Below are positions 41,920 through 55,892 of a stretch of DNA of 64,000 nucleotides, piece by piece. The notes below the pieces were generated by a model. That model saw nothing but the letters and a program-made list of their open reading frames with translations. It ran no database searches and was not told the origin of the DNA. The stretch lies in contig CATNEN010000002.1 of NCBI GenBank assembly GCA_950097015.1, positions 5,270,001 to 5,334,000 on the forward strand. The letters are read 5' to 3'. The DNA comes from Macrostomum hystrix (taxonomy: Eukaryota > Animalia > Platyhelminthes). Position 1 is the stretch's first letter. Each line of letters opens with the position of its first letter. A program made the position numbers and the translations under genes.

Positions 41920-42804
41920 CTGGGGTCGGTGGCAGAGCGGTTAACGCGTTGCCTCTCGCGCCAAGGTCCCTGAGCTCGATTCCGCGGCGAAGCCACATTT
42001 ATTTAGGGCGCAGCCGCGGAGAGAAGGCTTGGGGGGCTTGTCGTGGAATTTATGCACTTGAGGGCCAACCTCTGCACAGTGAAGTGTACACTGTACACTG
42101 CGTGACGATGAGAAAGTCAGGGCAGACGTACACCAGTGTGAGCGTGTGCCTGCGTACAGTATCTGTGTCGTGTGTGCTCAGGAGACAGCGGAATGGGCAG
42201 AATTTCCACCTCGCTGGCCGCGGGTCTAGTGTCACCAAATGATGTGCCACTGACTGCAGCGCTCCTGCAATTATTATCATTATTATTAAGGTTCGGTCCT
42301 CGTCCAGATGCGGCCCTCGAAGCTCCTAAATCCGGCCCGCTACCAGTTCCTACACCTACAGTGTGCTGTAGCATATTTCCTCTGTCGCGTCTCTCCGGCG
42401 TCTACCTCTCCCCTGTATCGTCTCTCCCATGTCTCATCTATCCCGTGTATCGTCTCTTGCATGTCTCATCTATCCCGTGTATCGTCTCTTGCATGTCTCA
42501 TCTATCCCCTGTATCGTCTCTTGCGTGTCTCATCTATCCCGTGTATCGTCTCTTGCATGTCTCATCTATCCCGTGTATCGTCTCTCCCATGTCTCATCTA
42601 TCCCGTGTATCGTCTCTCCCATGTATTATCTTTCCCCTCTCTAATCTCTCTATTGTCTTAACTATCCCGTGTCTCATCTCTCCCTTGTCTCGGCTCTCCC
42701 ATGTCTCATCTCTCCCGTCTCATATTTCTACAGTCAATGCGGCCCGCTGTCATCTGATAGGTTCTCTCTTTGGCCCGCTAGCTAATAAGTTTGCCGAACC
42801 CTTG
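41920..42804. mobile_element. Non-autonomous hAT (Charlie-like) element with nested SINE and internal 16-nt satellite
   Basis: Right end AAGTTTGCCGAACCCTTG (reverse complement CAAGGGTTCGGCAAACTT). The left end C[SINE]AAGGTTCGG is restored when the SINE is removed. 8-bp flanks GTCTAAAC (41912-41919) and GTCTAGAC (42805-42812); subterminal GGCCCGC motifs. Confidence 0.55.
41921..42287 (+). mobile_element. SINE family B copy, inserted into the left end of a hAT-type MITE
   Basis: Same head, body and tail as 36447-36792. Confidence 0.78.
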
Positions 42805-43318
42805 GTCTAGACTATGTGCAAGTTTAAGGTGAAATTAATCGCACTAATAATGTAAAAAATAATGTGAAAATAAGAAAAAGAAATACTTTTTTGTGTTAGA
42901 GCCCATTTGGAACAAACGAAGTCTACAGCTATCGATTTTGACAATCGCCTAATTTAGAAGACTTGTTTATTTATCTGATTCTAATCTAAACAGTTAAGCA
43001 TAAGCTTGCTACTTATTTTCGAGTATATCTTTTAAAGATAGATATATTGACGGGGCTAAGGGGTAAAACGGGGTTACACCTTCCGGGTTCTCGAGTGACT
43101 TATGATGAGCAAAAACGACAATAATATGCGTTCAAATGGAGCAAGGACAGGTGTGATACATGCCAAGATTGTATTGTTGTTATTCTATGAGCTGGAGTCC
43201 ATTGAAAACACACTGATCTATGAGTGGCATCTAATATGTATATATAGTGTGTGTGTATTAGTGCAAACAAACCAACTGTTGTCAAACCTCTAGTCTTAGA
43301 ACAATCGGCCGAAAAAGA

Positions 43319-46300
43319 TCAGTAAGCCCTAATCTTCGGGGGCACAGTCGGGCAGTCCTTCTGGTCCAGAGTCTTGTCAATGACCGGGCGATACTCCAGG
43401 CTTACTTTGCCAGTGGCGGCGTCCATGAAGCACAGGGTGTGCTTGCGCCAGTGCTGCTCGTATGGTCGCTTAGTCTGGCCATCGATGGGCTTAGTGTAGT
43501 CGTATTCGTCGATGCGATCCTTGAAGTCTTCGCGAGCGTGCGCACCGCGCGACTCCTTGCGAGCTTCGGCAGCGTACACGGTCTGGGGTGAAGGGTTCCG
43601 GGTGTAGGATGCAGGGTTTCGTATGTAGGGTGCAGGGTTCCGGGTGTAGGATGCAGGGTTTCGTATGTAGGGTGCAGGGTTCCGGGTGTAGGATGCAGGG
43701 TTTCGTATGTAGGGTGCAGGGTTTCGTATGTAGGGTGCAGGGTTTCGGATGTAGGGTGCAGGGTTCCGGTTTTCGGATTTAGGGTGCAGGGTTCCGGATG
43801 TAGGGTGCCGGTTTTCGGATTTAGGGTGCAGGGTTTTTCATGTTGGGTGCAGGGTTCCGGATGTAGGTTGCATGGTTTTAGAGGGAGGGCAAAGGGATTC
43901 GGAGCAGGGTGAAAGGTTTCGGATGTAGGGTGCAGGATTTCGGAGGTAGGGTGCCGGTTTTCGGATGTAGGGTGCAGGGTTCCGGATGTAGGGTGCAGGG
44001 TTCCGGATGTAGAGTGCAGGGTTCCGGATGTAGGGTGCAGGGTTCCGGATGTAGGGTGCAGGGTTCCGGATGTAGGGTGCAGGGTTTCGGATGTAGGGTG
44101 CCGATTTTCGGAAGTAGGGTTTCGAAATGTAGGGTTTTAAAGGTAGGTTCCAGAGTTATAGAGCTAGGGTGCAGGGTTTCGGATGTGGGGTGCGGGTTTT
44201 CAGAGGTAGGGTGCGGCTTTTCGGAGGTAGGGTGCAGGGTTCTAGATTTAGAGTGCAGGGTTCCGGGTGTGGGGTGCGGGTTTTCAGAGGTAGGGTGCGG
44301 CTTTTCGGAGGTAGGGTGCAGGGTTCTAGATTTAGAGTGCAGGGTTCCGGATGTAGAGTGCAGGGTTCCGGATGTAGAGTGCAGGGTTCCGGATGTAGAG
44401 TGCAGGGTTCCGGATGTAGGGTGCAGGGTTCCGGATGTAGAGTGCAGGGTTCGGGATGTAGGGTGCAGGGTTCCGGATGTAGGGTGCAGGGTTCCGGATG
44501 TAAGGGTGCAGGGTTCCGGATGTAGAGTGCAGGGTTCCGGATGTAGGGTGCAGGGTTCCGGATGTAGAGTGCAGGGTTCCGGATGTAGAGTGCAGGGTTC
44601 CGGATGTAGAGTGCAGGGTTCCGGATGTAGAGTGCAGGGTTCCGGATGTAGGGTGCAGGGTTCCGGATGTAGGGTGCAGGGTTCCGGATGTAAGGGTGCA
44701 GGGTTCCGGATGTAGAGTGCAGGGTTCCGGATGTAAGGGTGCAGGGTTCCGGGTGTAGGGTGCAGGGTTCCGGATGTAAGGGTGCAGGGTTCCGGATGTA
44801 GAGTGCAGGGTTCCGGATGTAGAGTGCAGGGTTCCGGATGTAAGGATGTAAGGCGGATAAATAAGAGTTTAAAAAGCCACAAACCTGCCCAGCATTCAGC
44901 ATGAGGTTCTGCAGTTCCAGAGTCTCAACCAAGTCCGAATTCCAGATCAGGCTCCGGTCCGTGACCTTCAGATCGTCCATCCGTTTGTAGACTTCGTCGA
45001 ACTCTCGGCAGCCGCGCAGCAGCGTCGGGCCGTCGCGGAAAACGGCGGCGTTGCGCTGCATGGCCTTCTGCAGGTCCAGCCGCAGCTCGGCGGTCGGCGT
45101 GCCGCCTTTGGCGTTACGCAGACGGTCGATGTTGGCCACGGAGGCTTCGCCGGAATCCTTGCGCAGCGGCGCCTGGGACTCGCCGGGCCGGTTCTCCTTG
45201 GCGATGGTGTGGGCGCAGGCGCGACCGAACACCACCAGGTCAAGAAGGGAGTTGGCGCCAAGCCTGTTGGCTCCGTGCACAGACACGCAGGCAGCCTCGC
45301 CAGCCGCGTACAGGCCTGGAATCACCACGTCCGAGCCGGTCTTCGGGTCGTAGGTAATGGCCTGCCGTTGAGGAATGCGTTTGGATGGGTGGTGTTCAGA
45401 AGCAATATCAAAATCTCACCTCATTCTACAGAATAGCTGCTTTAAAATCTTCAAAAGCTTAAAAATATTATTCAGTTCTACAGTATAGCTAATTTAAAAT
45501 CTTATCCCATAGTTGATTTAAAATCCCACCCTATAGCTAATTCAAAATCTCACACCATAGCTACTTTAAATCTCACACCATAGCTACTTTTAATCTCACC
45601 CCATAGCTACATCAAAATCTCACCATAGCTGATTCAAAATCTCACCATAGCTGATTCAAAATCTCATCCCATAGCTGATTCAAAATCTCATCCCATAGCT
45701 GATTCAAAATCTCACCATAGCTACATCAAAATCTCATCCCATAGCTGATTCAAAATCTCACCATGGCTACATCAAAATCTCATCCCATAGCTGATTCAAA
45801 ATCTCACCATAGCTGATTCAAAATCTCACCATAGCTACTTCAAAATCTCCCACAAAGCTACTTCAAAGTCTCACTCAAAGCTACTTTAACATCTCACCCA
45901 AAACTAATTCAAAATCTCACCATAGCTACTTCAAAATCTCCCACAAAGCTACTTCAAAGTCTCACTCAAAGCTACTTTAACATCTCACCCAAAACTAATT
46001 CAAAATCTCATCCCATAGCTACTTCAAAATCTCACCCAAAGTTAACTCAAAATCTCACTTATAGCTACGCTCGTATTTCAAAATTTTACCCCATAGCAAT
46101 TTCAAAATATAATCCCATGGCTATAATCTCAAAACATTCCATTTTTCAAAATTTCACTAGGATTCGCAGACCTAAGCAACGATGCGCATGCAAAGCCTCA
46201 CCTGGCCACGCCAGTTAGTGGGCACACCGCCCATGTTGTAGTGCACAGTGGGCAGTACAGGAATCGGTTCGCGAGTAACGTCAACTCCGGCAAAGATGTG

Positions 46301-48552
46301 AGCAGTCTCAGAGATGCCAGGCAAGCGGCTGCGCAGCTGCTCAGGTGGCAGGTGGTGCAGCTGCAGGAAGATGTGATCCTTTTCCTTGCCAACTCCGCGG
46401 CCCTCCCTAATCTCGATGGTCATGGCCCGAGAGACCACGTCGCGACTAGCCAGATCTTTGGCTACCGGCGCATATCGCTCCATGAATCTTTCACCTTCGC
46501 TGTTGACCAGATAGCCGCCCTCGCCGCGGCAGCCCTCGGTGATGAGACACCCAGCGCCATAGATGCCAGTGGGATGGAACTGGACAAATTCCATGTCCTG
46601 ATTAGGCAGGCCAGCGCGGCTTACCATGGCTGTGCCATCGCCAGTGCAGGTGTGAGCCGAGGTGCATGAGAAGTAGCACCGGCCATAGCCGCTGTGATTG
46701 GAGAAAATTATTTAGTAAGGAAAGAAATGACAACTGGACCAGATGTACAAGCAGTAGCATTGTACATATAAGGATATAACTAAATGATCAACTCTCAAAA
46801 ATGTACATTATTTGCACATCTTTATTATATTGTTACAACTACTTTTTGCAGATTTTAGAATGATAACTGAAAACAATGATCATACTCAAGTTATAATTTA
46901 TAGCTAACTATTATTGATCATTAATGGATTTAAGAAATACATGAGCCATAAAAATATAAAAATTGCAACTCATTAATCTGAAGGTAGCTTGTTGGTTATT
47001 TTAAGAATAGATAAGTATGTTTACTAGCTTACTAGCTAAAGTAAATAAAATAAATTCAGTTAATAACATAAAACTAGCCAAATACCAAAAAGTATTGAAT
47101 AAGCTAAAATAAATTAGTCCAATAATGATTTTAATTGCTGTTTTGTTATTAAAGGGTTCTATAAATTTAATGAAAAGCATTTTATTAAAGTATTCGAGAC
47201 CATAATAAGAGTTCATATGCCTTGATTTACATTTTTTGCATTTGAAATGAACTATTTATATAATGACATATAATTTAAAGTTTTTTATAGAAAGGCTTTA
47301 GCTATTGCTGCCTTTTAATCAGATACAATAGTGAAAAAAACATTGATTCAACCTGAACTTAATGTTAGCCTATCTATAGGCCTACCAATTGGCCAACTGA
47401 TTGTTTACCATATAGTTCAAATAGACAGTTACTGTCACTTTATAAAGATAACTAGTCTACCAAACACAACATTTTACTTTAGAGAGGTTATTGCTTCACA
47501 ACAATGAATAAAATAATATTTAATTCATTGGAACAACTAGTATACTGAAACATTATGTACACAAATGACAATTTTTAAAGTATTTCATATTTTTATAGTA
47601 TTTGTCATGACATTAATATAATATTTTATTGTTGTACATTAAGTAGTATAGGCCTATATGTAGCAATCATGAGCTATTTTAATGCAGAATAGGCCCCTAA
47701 TCACTTAAAAAATAGACTGCCTTGCTACCTAAATAAAAGATGTCTAGATTATATTTCAGTAGCAAATATTAGTAGATAGTAGCAAAAAGTGAGAAAATAA
47801 GCCTGAACAATATAATGACAAAATATAACTCCACTCCAGTTCACTCACCCTGTTGCTAGAACTGTATTCTTAGACTGAAACCTATGAAGAGTGCCATCTT
47901 CCAGGTTCAATGCAATAACACCCTTGCAAATGCCATCTTCGTAGAGGATGTCCAGGGCAAAGTACTCAACAAAATAGTCACAACCATACTTCAAGGACCT
48001 GCCATAGAGGGTGTGCAGCATAGAGTGGCCTGTTCGATCTGCCACTGCGCAGCAGCGATGTGCCTGGCCTCCTCTGCCATAGTCAATACTCTGGCCACCG
48101 AATGCACGCTGATAGATCTTGCCATTCTCCAGCCGACTAAATGGCATGCCATAGTTCTCCAGCTCAATCACAGCTTTTGGTGCTTGCTCGCACATGTAGT
48201 GAATTGCATCCTGATCACCAAGCCAATCTGAGCCCTTCACAGTGTCGTACATGTGGAATCGCCAGTCATCGGGCTCCATATTACCCAAGGCAGCATTAAT
48301 TCCACCTTGGGCGGCGACGGTGTGCGAACGCGTAGGAAAAAGTTTGGTTATGCAGGCTGTCTTGAAGCCTTCGTTGGCGAGTCCGAAAGCAGCTCGCAAG
48401 CCGGCGCCACCTGCGCCAACAACAACAGCATCGTAAACATGGTCAATTACAGGGTACTGCGAGGTTATTGAACTTGTGGTCGCATTGCGATGCAAGCGCT
48501 GGTTAAAGCCAGCAACATTGCGTAGTCTGGCAAGCCGCCCTAACTTCAGCAT
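43319..48552 (-). CDS. SDHA: Succinate dehydrogenase flavoprotein subunit, mitochondrial, 644 aa, 4 exons
   Basis: Exons (-) 48552-47849, 46691-46202, 45361-44885, 43582-43319; phases are compatible. Basic N-terminal transit peptide; [11 protein letters not shown]; FAD-His motif [12 protein letters not shown]; FVQFHPTG; [11 protein letters not shown]; [14 protein letters not shown]; [15 protein letters not shown]; ends PPKIRAY*. Confidence 0.97.
43588..44850. repeat. 21-nt minisatellite (GGGTGCAGGGTTCCGGATGTA) filling SDHA intron 3
   Basis: Visible tandem units between SDHA exons 3 and 4. Confidence 0.92.
45500..46130. repeat. 22/24-nt degenerate satellite (CCATAGCTGATTCAAAATCTCA) in SDHA intron 2
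   Basis: Visible tandem units. Confidence 0.8.
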
Positions 48553-50344
48553 CGCTTTATACAAAGAATGCCAGGAACACTGCAGTCCAACGAAGTCCAG
48601 CAGAGAAAGATTGAGTGAAATTAAACTTGATTATCAGCAAGTTTATATTTTATGTTTTCATTTTTTAACCAATGAAAAAGAATACTGTAATGCATATTTT
48701 TTAAGATTTTGTTACCTAACGATAATTTTTACGTAAAATTTTAACACAGGGTACAAATCAGTTTTTCAGCTGTATCTTTTGTTATATCATACTTTTACTC
48801 AAGTCGGCGTTTTAACGTATGTTTAAAATAATAGAGGTAGACCACTTCACTATATGCTTTCGTCAATATAAAGTTTCAAATACAATTACAAACCAACGAA
48901 ACACTATAAGCACAGCGTACACTGTAGTGTAGTGTACGCAGTAGTGTGCATGCCATAATTATATCGAATTTATTTACTTAATAGGATGCATTTTATACGA
49001 GTTTTCGGAGCATCTCGATCGCGATCTCAAGGACATTTCATATTTTTTATGTCGATGAAATGGCTGCAGGAAAATGCATGCATGTACTGAATATAAGTAA
49101 CACCCACAAGTCATAAAATCCGATCAGACTATATAGATGGAACCGTAATTGGAATTAAAGTTGACACTAAAGTTGCAGTCACTGCATACTAGAATCGAAG
49201 CTGCGGTACATAATTCCTAAGTTTATTCAACAATTAAATGCCACAAAATTAGGACGAAAAAATGTTATTCGACCATGCAAATACAATGACAGCATTTAGT
49301 CATAATTCCAATTCAAGGGCTATTGTCTATATTTATATTGAATGTTCAAATAATCTGGTCTGGATCACATTTCACTGATGATGCTCGCAAAGCCACTTTT
49401 TTATTGATGTTAGCTGCAGTTTTGAAATAGGATCTCCAAACCCCTAGATAATAAAATACATGTAAAATCAATGCAAAGTATTTACACGTGCTTCTATCTG
49501 AGGAAGAAGGCGAAAGCACCTATGTAAGATGACAATCCGAAAGGCAAACAGCATACCTTCTGCGGCCTCCTCTATCTCTGTTTCTCTCAGTCTCCGCGCG
49601 ATACTACTTGGAGTTCAGTCACGGATCGAAGGTCGTTGAGTGGACTCGAGGGCAGTGCGGGGTATGCTGGAGATCTCTCATTTGTTAATAGGGATCAAAG
49701 TCCTGACAAGTACTGAAGCCGCGATGAAGGGAAGATGAAGAGCCGCAGGTTTACTGTATTATATTAGGAGGCCACTAGAGAAATGATCAGCTTGATGGTT
49801 GTTAGATAACTCATTAAATCCGGCGAGATACTGATTGTATATGAACACGACTGCGTTGGGAAGCCCCGGCCGCGCTCCGCATTATACTGTACGTCCTTCC
49901 CTGGAGGATGAAGCGAAATCATTTCAGTTGCGTCGCCATTAGCGGTGTAGTCTAGCTGCGTGGTCTTGGGTGTCGACCTTCTATGCAGGAAAAGTGCATG
50001 GCTATCCAGCATTTATGCTCATGCATATCATGCCTTATGTGCCCGACCCAAATGTATTTCTAATTTATGGACGGGTGTCCGTTGGATGCATTGAAAGCCC
50101 TTGTCTATAAACAATCCATTCTCGGCTTTCTACCAATCCTAAGAACAGATGGCCAGCAGTTTGCACAACAACATGGCTTCAATTTTAAAGGATTTTCAAG
50201 TTTCATTTTTCATCTGCCACTTAGGAAAGGGTTGCCACTCGCTCAGTTCTGTTTAAAAAATTGGCTACAAAGCTTAAAAAACTCATCAGTTCAAAGCACT
50301 AAAACTTTTACGGAAACTTGTTGGTTGGTGACAGTGAAACTTAT

Positions 50345-52215
50345 TCGGAAACTCGTCAGTTCGTGACACTGGAACATCTTCGGAAACACGTCAGTTCATG
50401 ACACAGGAACATCTTCGGAAACTCGTCAGTTCATGACACTGGAACATCTTCGGAAACTCGTCAGTTCATGACACTGGAACATCTTCGGAAACTAGTCAGT
50501 TCGTGACACTGGAACTTCTTCGGAAACACGTCAGTTCGTGACACTAAAACTCTTATGAAACTAGTCAGTTCGTGACACTGAAACTTATTCGGAAACACGT
50601 CAGTTCGTGACACTGGAACATCTTCGGAAAGTAGTCAGTTCGTGACACTGAAACTTCTTCGGAAACTAGTCAGTTCGTGACACTGGAACATCTTCGGAAA
50701 CTAGTCAGTTCATGACACAGGAACATCTTCGGAAACTCGTCAGTTCATGACACTGGAACATCTTCGGAAACTCGTCAGTTCGTGACACAGGAACATCTTC
50801 GGAAACTCGTCAGTTCGTGACACTAAAACTCTTATGAAACTAGTCAGTTCGTGACACTGAAACTTCTTCGGAAACTAGTCAGTTCGTGACACTAAAACTC
50901 TTATGAAACTATTCAGTTCGTGACACTGAAACTTCTTCGGAAACTCGTCAGTTCGTGACACTGCAACTTCTTCGGAAACTAGTCAGTTCGAGACACTGCA
51001 ACTTCTTCGGAAACTAGTCAGTTCGTGACACTGGAACATCTTCGGAAACTAGTCAGTTCGTGACACTGGAACATCTTCGGAAACTAGTCAGTTCGTGACA
51101 CTGGAACTTCTTCGGAAACACGTCAGTTCGTGACACTAAAACTCTTATGAAACTAGTCAGTTCGTGACACTAAAACTCTTATGAAACTAGTCAGTTCGTG
51201 ACACTAAAACTCTTATGAAACTAGTCAGTTCGTGACACTGAAACTTATTCGGAAACACGTCAGTTCGTGACACTGGAACATCTTCGGAAAGTAGTCAGTT
51301 CGTGACACTGAAACTTCTTCGGAAACTAGTCAGTTCGTGACACTGGAACATCTTCGGAAACTAGTCAGTTCATGACACAGGAACATCTTCGGAAACTAGT
51401 CAGTTCATGACACTGGAGCATCTTCGGAAACTCGTCAGTTCGTGACACAGGAACATCTTCGGAAACTCGTCAGTTCGTGACACTAAAACTCTTATGAAAC
51501 TATTCAGTTCGTGACACTGAAACTTCTTCGGAAACTCGTCAGTTCGTGACACTGCAACTTCTTCGGAAACTAGTCAGTTCGTGACACTGGAACATCTTCG
51601 GAAACTAGTCAGTTCGTGACACTGGAACATCTTCGGAAACTAGTCAGTTCGTGACACTGGAACTTCTTCGGAAACACGTCAGTTCGTGACACTAAAACTC
51701 TTATGAAACTAGTCAGTTCGTGACACTAAAACTCTTATGAAACTAGTCAGTTCGTGACACTGAAACTTCTTCGGAAACTAGTCAGTTCGTGACACTGAAA
51801 CTTCTTCGGAAACTAGTCAGTTCGAGACACTGCAACTTCTTCGGAAACTAGTCAGTTCGTGACACTGCAACTTCTTCGGAAACTAGTCAGTTCGAGACAC
51901 TGCAACTTCTTCGGAAACTAGTCAGTTCGTGACACTGCAACTTCTTCGGAAACTAGTCAGTTCGTGACACTGCAACTTCTTCGGAAAGTAGTAAGTTCGT
52001 GACACTGAAACTTCTTCGGAAACTAGTCAGTTCGTGACACTGGAACATCTTCGGAAACTAGTCAGTTCGTGACACTGAAACTTCTTCGGAAACTAGTCAG
52101 TTCGTGACACTGGAACTTATTCGGAAACTCGTCAGTTCGTGACACTGAATCTTCTTAAAAAAACTAGTCAGTTCCTGACACTACAACTTATGAAACTCGT
52201 CAGTTCATGACACCA
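50345..52215. repeat. 35-nt minisatellite (GTCAGTTCGTGACACTGGAACATCTTCGGAAACTA) with a 33-nt variant
   Basis: Visible tandem units. Confidence 0.92.
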
Positions 52216-54059
52216 AAACGGATGGGTTCGCGACTTCGCGCTACGCCTTATGTAGAACTCAATCGCGACCTTGAAACCGAACTATTGTGGCGGCAAAACT
52301 TTCAAAACTTTAAAGTTGAAACACGATAAAATTTGTGTTGATTGTGACCGATCCTGAAATTTTCTCTGAATCTTCACTGATCTTCACAGAAACTTTGTGT
52401 CGGCAAACGTAGCTTCTGCTGCAGGGCATTAAACTTTGCGGTCTAAAGTTTAACCCATTCCGCTGTGACAAGGGAGCTACTGGTATAGTGCCTAAGCGCT
52501 GAAGTTGAAATCCCGGGGGAATTTAGAATCGCAAATTACAAGTTGAAGACTTAGCCTTCTGTTAAGAAAGTCAACGTTATAGCTGAAGTCTCTAGTCAGA
52601 GGTGAATGGTATTTGTATTAGCTGTATTCTCGCAGACCGGCATTTTCTGATCCGTCCGGTAGAGCTGAATAGAAATTGTCTTGAGAAATTGCCATGCAGA
52701 CTGAAAGGAGCCGCTGAGCACGCCGCTATGGGTTCAGCACAATGGCTGCCCTGCATTGGGGTGGAGTCCTTTGCAACATGTAAATAAAACTACGAGCGTA
52801 TTGTTGTTTACTTTCTCGCAATGTTAACCACTGGATATGAATATTAGGGCAGGATAGTGCTAAAAAACTAAATCATCAAAAGTACTAATCTCAGACATCG
52901 TTTTCAAGCCAGCGTCCATCTTTTATTAATTTTTGGATTTTGGAAAATTGATACTTTGTGTCGGAATTAAACAACAAGAAAAGTTTAAAGATCTTCGGTA
53001 GGCATGTAAAACTTCCGTGAAAATCAAAATGGGTGTTTTCCTCACATAGCAGGTTTCCTTACACACATTAGACGGACATTTAAAACTATTTCAAACATTG
53101 GTAACAAGGAAATAAAATAACTGACAAGATTATAAACCAAATGACAAGAGCAGAAAACAACTGACAAGACACCAGCTAGCAAGATTAGAAACCAATTAAA
53201 AAGATCATTAACCAACTGACAAGTTTATAAAACCAAACGGCAAGATCTTAAACCAGCTGACAAGATCATTGAATTAACCAACTGACAAGAGAATTTAACA
53301 ACTGACAAGATAATTTACCAACTGACAAGAGAATTTACCAACTGACAAGATCAGAAACCAACTGACAGAACCAGACACCAACTGATAAGCTGAGAAAGAA
53401 TTGCAAAAGTACATCGCGAAGAACAGTACACAAGCAAGTCCGTGGGCGCGGGTCAGATGTATAGTATTATAGCATTTCTCACAGCACTATGGGATCCAGT
53501 GTGTGCATGTCTCCTATATTCGGACGGGCAATTCGGGAGATAGCATCGGATAATTTTTTTGTCCGGGAATGAAAAAGAACGATTGGAATCTAGCCATGGA
53601 GAATTGGGCACTGTGTAGGGGCATTTGAATTAGGGCTCAAGGAGTTGGCGGTCTGCCAGCCCTGTTTGGGATAAGACAGCGTGGAGAATTGAATCGGGTA
53701 TCGGATGAAATGGTGGCGGAATCCCTGGCAGCGCTACCCCATACAAATTTCGTTAATTCGGGCTGCGAAGTCTAGGGACAGTCGAATGGATGGATGGATG
53801 CGGCTGAAGTCCTCGAGTAAAATCTGCGGGCTGCAGGACAACCCATGGCTAGGCTTCCAAATTTAGAAGCCAGAGTGACAGAGAAATAATCGAGTTGCTG
53901 TTTGCCTTTAATCCAGACTTATAGAAAAATCAGCGCTGCCAGTCTTCCACAGTGATTGATTTGCTGAACTAGTCGCTGGGAGAGTTCGGTATCAGCAAGA
54001 CTTGAAAACTTCTGCGCAACGCTAATCAATGTAATGCAAGACTCCGTGTTTTGCAAGAC

Positions 54060-55400
54060 TGTTATCTAGAATGCGGCACACATCACACTTGTTGGTGTTA
54101 TCTAGAATGCGGCACACATCACACTTGTTGGTGTTATCTAGAATGCGGCACACACATCACACTTGTTGGTGTTATCTAGAATGCGGCACACATCACTCTT
54201 GTTGGTGTTATCTAGAATGCGCCACACACATCACGCTTGCTGGTGTTATCTAGAATGTGGCACACATCACGCTTGTTGGTTTTATCTAGAATGCGGCACA
54301 CACATCACACTTGTTGGTGTTATCTAGAATGCGGCACACACATCACACTTGTTGGTGTTATCTAGAATGCGGCACACACATCACACTTGTTGGTGTTATC
54401 TAGAATGCGGCACACACATCACACTTGTTGGTGTTATCTAGAATGCGGCACACACATCACACTTGTTGGTGTTATCTAGAATGCGGCACACACATCACGC
54501 TTGCTGGTGTTATCTAGAATGCGGCACACACATCACGCTTGTTGGTGTTATCTAGAATGCGGCACACACATCACGCTTGCTGGTGTTATCTAGAATGCGG
54601 CACACACATCACACTTGTTGGTGTTATCTAGAATGCGGCACACACATCACACTTGTTGGTGTTATCTAGAATGCGGCACACACATCACACTTGTTGGTGT
54701 TATCTAGAATGCGGCACACACATCACACTTGTTGGTGTTATCTAGAATGCGGCACACACATCACACTTGTTGGTGTTATCTAGAATGCGGCACACACATC
54801 ACACTTGTTGGTGTTATCTAGAATGCGGCACACACATCACGCTTGCTGGTGTTATCTAGAATGCGGCACACACATCACGCTTGTTGGTGTTATCTAGAAT
54901 GCGGCACACACATCACGCTTGCTGGTGTTATCTAGAATGCGGCACACACATCACACTTGTTGGTGTTATCTAGAATGCGGCACACACATCACACTTGTTG
55001 GTGTTATCTAGAATGCGGCACACACATCACACTTGTTGGTGTTATCTAGAATGCGGCACACACATCACACTTGTTGGTGTTATCTAGAATGCGGCACACA
55101 CATCACACTTGTTGGTGTTATCTAGAATGCGGCACACACATCACACTTGTTGGTGTTATCTAGAATGCGGCACACACATCACACTTGTTGGTGTTATCTA
55201 GAATGCGGCACACACATCACGCTTGCTGGTGTTATCTAGAATGCGGCACACACATCACGCTTGTTGGTGTTATCTAGAATGCGGCACACACATCACGCTT
55301 GCTGGTGTTATCTAGAATGCGGCACACACATCACACTTGTTGGTGTTATCTAGAATGCGGCACACACATCACGCTTGCTGGTGTTATCTAGAATGCTGCA
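54060..55400. repeat. 38-nt minisatellite (GTTATCTAGAATGCGGCACACACATCACACTTGTTGGT)
   Basis: Highly homogeneous tandem units. Confidence 0.93.
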
Positions 55401-55621
55401 AAGACATCACACTTGTCGGTTCTATTTATAATGCGGCACGAATGCGAGCCGTGGAAAGTACTTTTCGTCTAAAACTGATATGAACATTTTGACGCACCTA
55501 AACTTCCGATAATTCCGTTCTGTGCATTCATCTCAATATCTCCCTTCGTCTACATTCAATCCCTTCATCTCTATAAATCTCCTTTTACCTATCTTCATAT
55601 CATTTTATCCATCTTCATCAG

Positions 55622-55892
55622 GAGGGTGAGTGGCAGAGCGCACCAATGTCCCTGGGCTTGATTCCACAGCGATGTCAAATTAGTCTGTGGCCTATTTCGT
55701 GCTCCCGTGTCATGCAATTTTTACGCCCTTGAGGGCCAACCTCCAAGGCACATTGAAAGTGTACAGTGCCTGATATACACACCTGTGCGAGCGTGTGTGC
55801 TCAGGAGTCAGCGAAATGGGCAGAATTGTCTCCTCGCTGGCTGCGGGTCTAGTGCCACATAATGATGTGCCATTGCGCGCAGTGCTCCTGCA
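55622..55892 (+). mobile_element. SINE family B copy
   Basis: gtggcagagcg..cttgattcc..ttacgcccttgagggccaacctccaaggcac..gggcagaattgtctcctcgctggctgcgggtctagtg..ctcctgcaa. Confidence 0.75.

Noticed and set aside
48553-48564. SDHA start at 48564 as in the ORF track
   Set aside because: That codon is TTG; the first ATG is 48552, which gives a normal transit peptide.
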